Below, piece after piece: positions 62,601-64,000 of a DNA stretch of 64,000 nt. The stretch comes from Camelus ferus (Eukaryota): contig NC_045697.1 in NCBI RefSeq assembly GCF_009834535.1, positions 35,280,001-35,344,000 on the forward strand, written 5' to 3'. The notes beneath the pieces are model-generated. The model made no database searches, was not told the origin of the DNA, and saw only the letters and a list, made by a program, of their open reading frames with translations. Position numbers and translations under genes: made by a program. Within the stretch, counting starts at the first letter, position 1. Each line of letters begins with the position of its first letter.

Positions 62601-63021
62601 TTGGTTTGGGCAAAGCTGGTTCTGTGTTGAGTAAACCCCAACATTTCCATGGCTCAGTCACACATCGAAGTCCATGGCCAGGGTTCCCAGTTCAAGGGCT
62701 AGTCTTCCTCCTTGGAGTGATTCAGGGATGTGGGCTCCCTTCCTCTTGTGGCTCAGCCTTTCCCAGTGCTGAAAGGGAGAGAGGGGGAGAAAGGCAGCAC
62801 CTTTTAACCTCCTTGTCTGGCAGCAACACCCATCACTTGGTCACCTTCTGCTGGTAACAACTAGCCACTCAAGATCCCACAGAGATGTCAGGGGAATTGA
62901 GAAATGCAGCCCCTGGCTGGCAGTTTCTCTCCAGTAACAACTCTTGGTATGGACAGAGGACAAGCAGGTAGATAGTTAACTTTCTCTGCCATAGGGAGCT
63001 TCCACATTTTCTCTATGCAAG

Positions 63022-63280
63022 GAAAAACATTTACCTGTTCAAACTAGAGAGGAATGGGGGCAAAGAATGTGCCTCCATTTCCTTATTGCTGCAAGTTGAA
63101 GGAAGTCTGATTATCTCAAGTAAAACCCAGTACTTTGAAGACTCTGGCTAAAACAGATCCAAAGGCCATCAGCTTCTTAGAGAAGTTCATTACTTTTTTT
63201 TATTTTATTGAAAACAAGTGACTTCTTTCTTTTGAATAGATCGTATGGGAAAAAAAAAAAAAGATGTTCATGTTTTCTAG
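63022..63280 (+). pseudogene. Possible pseudo-exon (KNIYLFKLERNGGKECASISLLLQVEGSLII..KAISFLEKFIT..); weaker candidates at 60728-60843 and 62291-62340
   Basis: ctctatgcaag| ... CTAG|gtaagg; frameshifted. Confidence 0.42.
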
Positions 63281-64000
63281 GTAAGGAGCCTGTCCATTTG
63301 AATATTACCTCCAAACAGAGCCACCTAAATATCCATCCAAGCAGAACAGTTAAGTGAATTACATATAACCATGCCATGGAAAAATAAACAACTATTGAAA
63401 GTCACATTACACAAGAGAGTTTATCGACAAGAGAAAATATTCGTAATGTATTAAGCCAAAAAAAGCAGGCAACCAAGGATAATTAAATAAATACTAATCA
63501 ATTGCTAACTAAAATGAAAAGAATTAACAGAACTATACATTCTTCTTTTTTTTTTTTTTTTTAAAGAGGATTGTGATAGATTGCATGATTGTTCAAAAAT
63601 ACTTCCTGCCTCCTTTGTATAGACTCTGCCCATTGAGGTTGGCTTGGCCACTGAGTTTGGCGTGTGGGAGGAAGTGATGTGGTCCTTCCACGAGACCTGC
63701 AGGCAGGTGCTGTTCCTAAGCCTGTGTCCCAGATGTACGATGATGGAGAGGGGCGATAGCCGGCCCATAATGGGCATGTGATGAGAGTGAGAAATGAACA
63801 TGTAAGACACAAACTGAGCTGATCTTCAAGTGGCACAGATGCTTTTGAAAAAAATTAATGAGCATAACTGAGAGCTTGAAGTGACATGAATGGGTTTCTC
63901 CTTATTTCACCTCTTCAAAGAAAAACATTGCTGTTCTTTTGCTAGATTAGAATATCTTTATTATACTATAAAAAGTATTACCTCCTAGCAGAGATTCTTG

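Larger units (their letters stand above)
15750..63280 (+). pseudogene. Multi-exon unprocessed pseudogene of a putative RGS22/RGSL1-like multi-RGS-domain gene (~40 exon remnants; 5' limit uncertain, probably continues past the window end)
   Basis: Chain of AG/GT-bounded, non-repeat segments with mostly matching intron phases, scattered stops and frameshifts, and repeated RGS-like motifs on translation. Confidence 0.75.

Noticed and set aside
15750..64000. CWH43 (the expected neighbour of OCIAD2), or an intact functional gene
   Set aside because: No CWH43-like peptide or second CpG island was found, and the exon chain has too many stops and frameshifts to be a live gene or simple sequencing error.

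Overview
Mammalian genomic DNA, probably camelid, judged from a recurring tRNA-derived SINE that resembles Vic-1. The left ~9.6 kb holds the 5' half of OCIAD2 on the minus strand: CpG-island promoter, non-coding exon 1 and coding exons 2-4. Exon 5 onward lies outside the window. The remaining ~54 kb looks like repeat-rich intergenic DNA (L1, L2, MIR, MLT/LTR, MER, SINEs). Reading between the repeats reveals about 40 plus-strand exon remnants bounded by AG/GT from ~15.7 kb to the window end. Most junctions have matching reading-frame phase, but many exons carry premature stops or frameshifts. Conceptual translation repeatedly gives RGS-box-like motifs (LRFW-EAEIFK; EAQKKSF; QFRAFLS; KQIIEH; FEECQEVYATIG*TWPIFLECQLF). 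I interpret this as a large, unprocessed, decayed pseudogene of an RGS22/RGSL1-like multi-RGS-domain gene, head-to-head with OCIAD2. The exon chain is seen directly in the sequence. The RGS assignment is motif-recall inference and needs HMM and synteny confirmation. Repeat subfamily names and boundaries are by-eye estimates.
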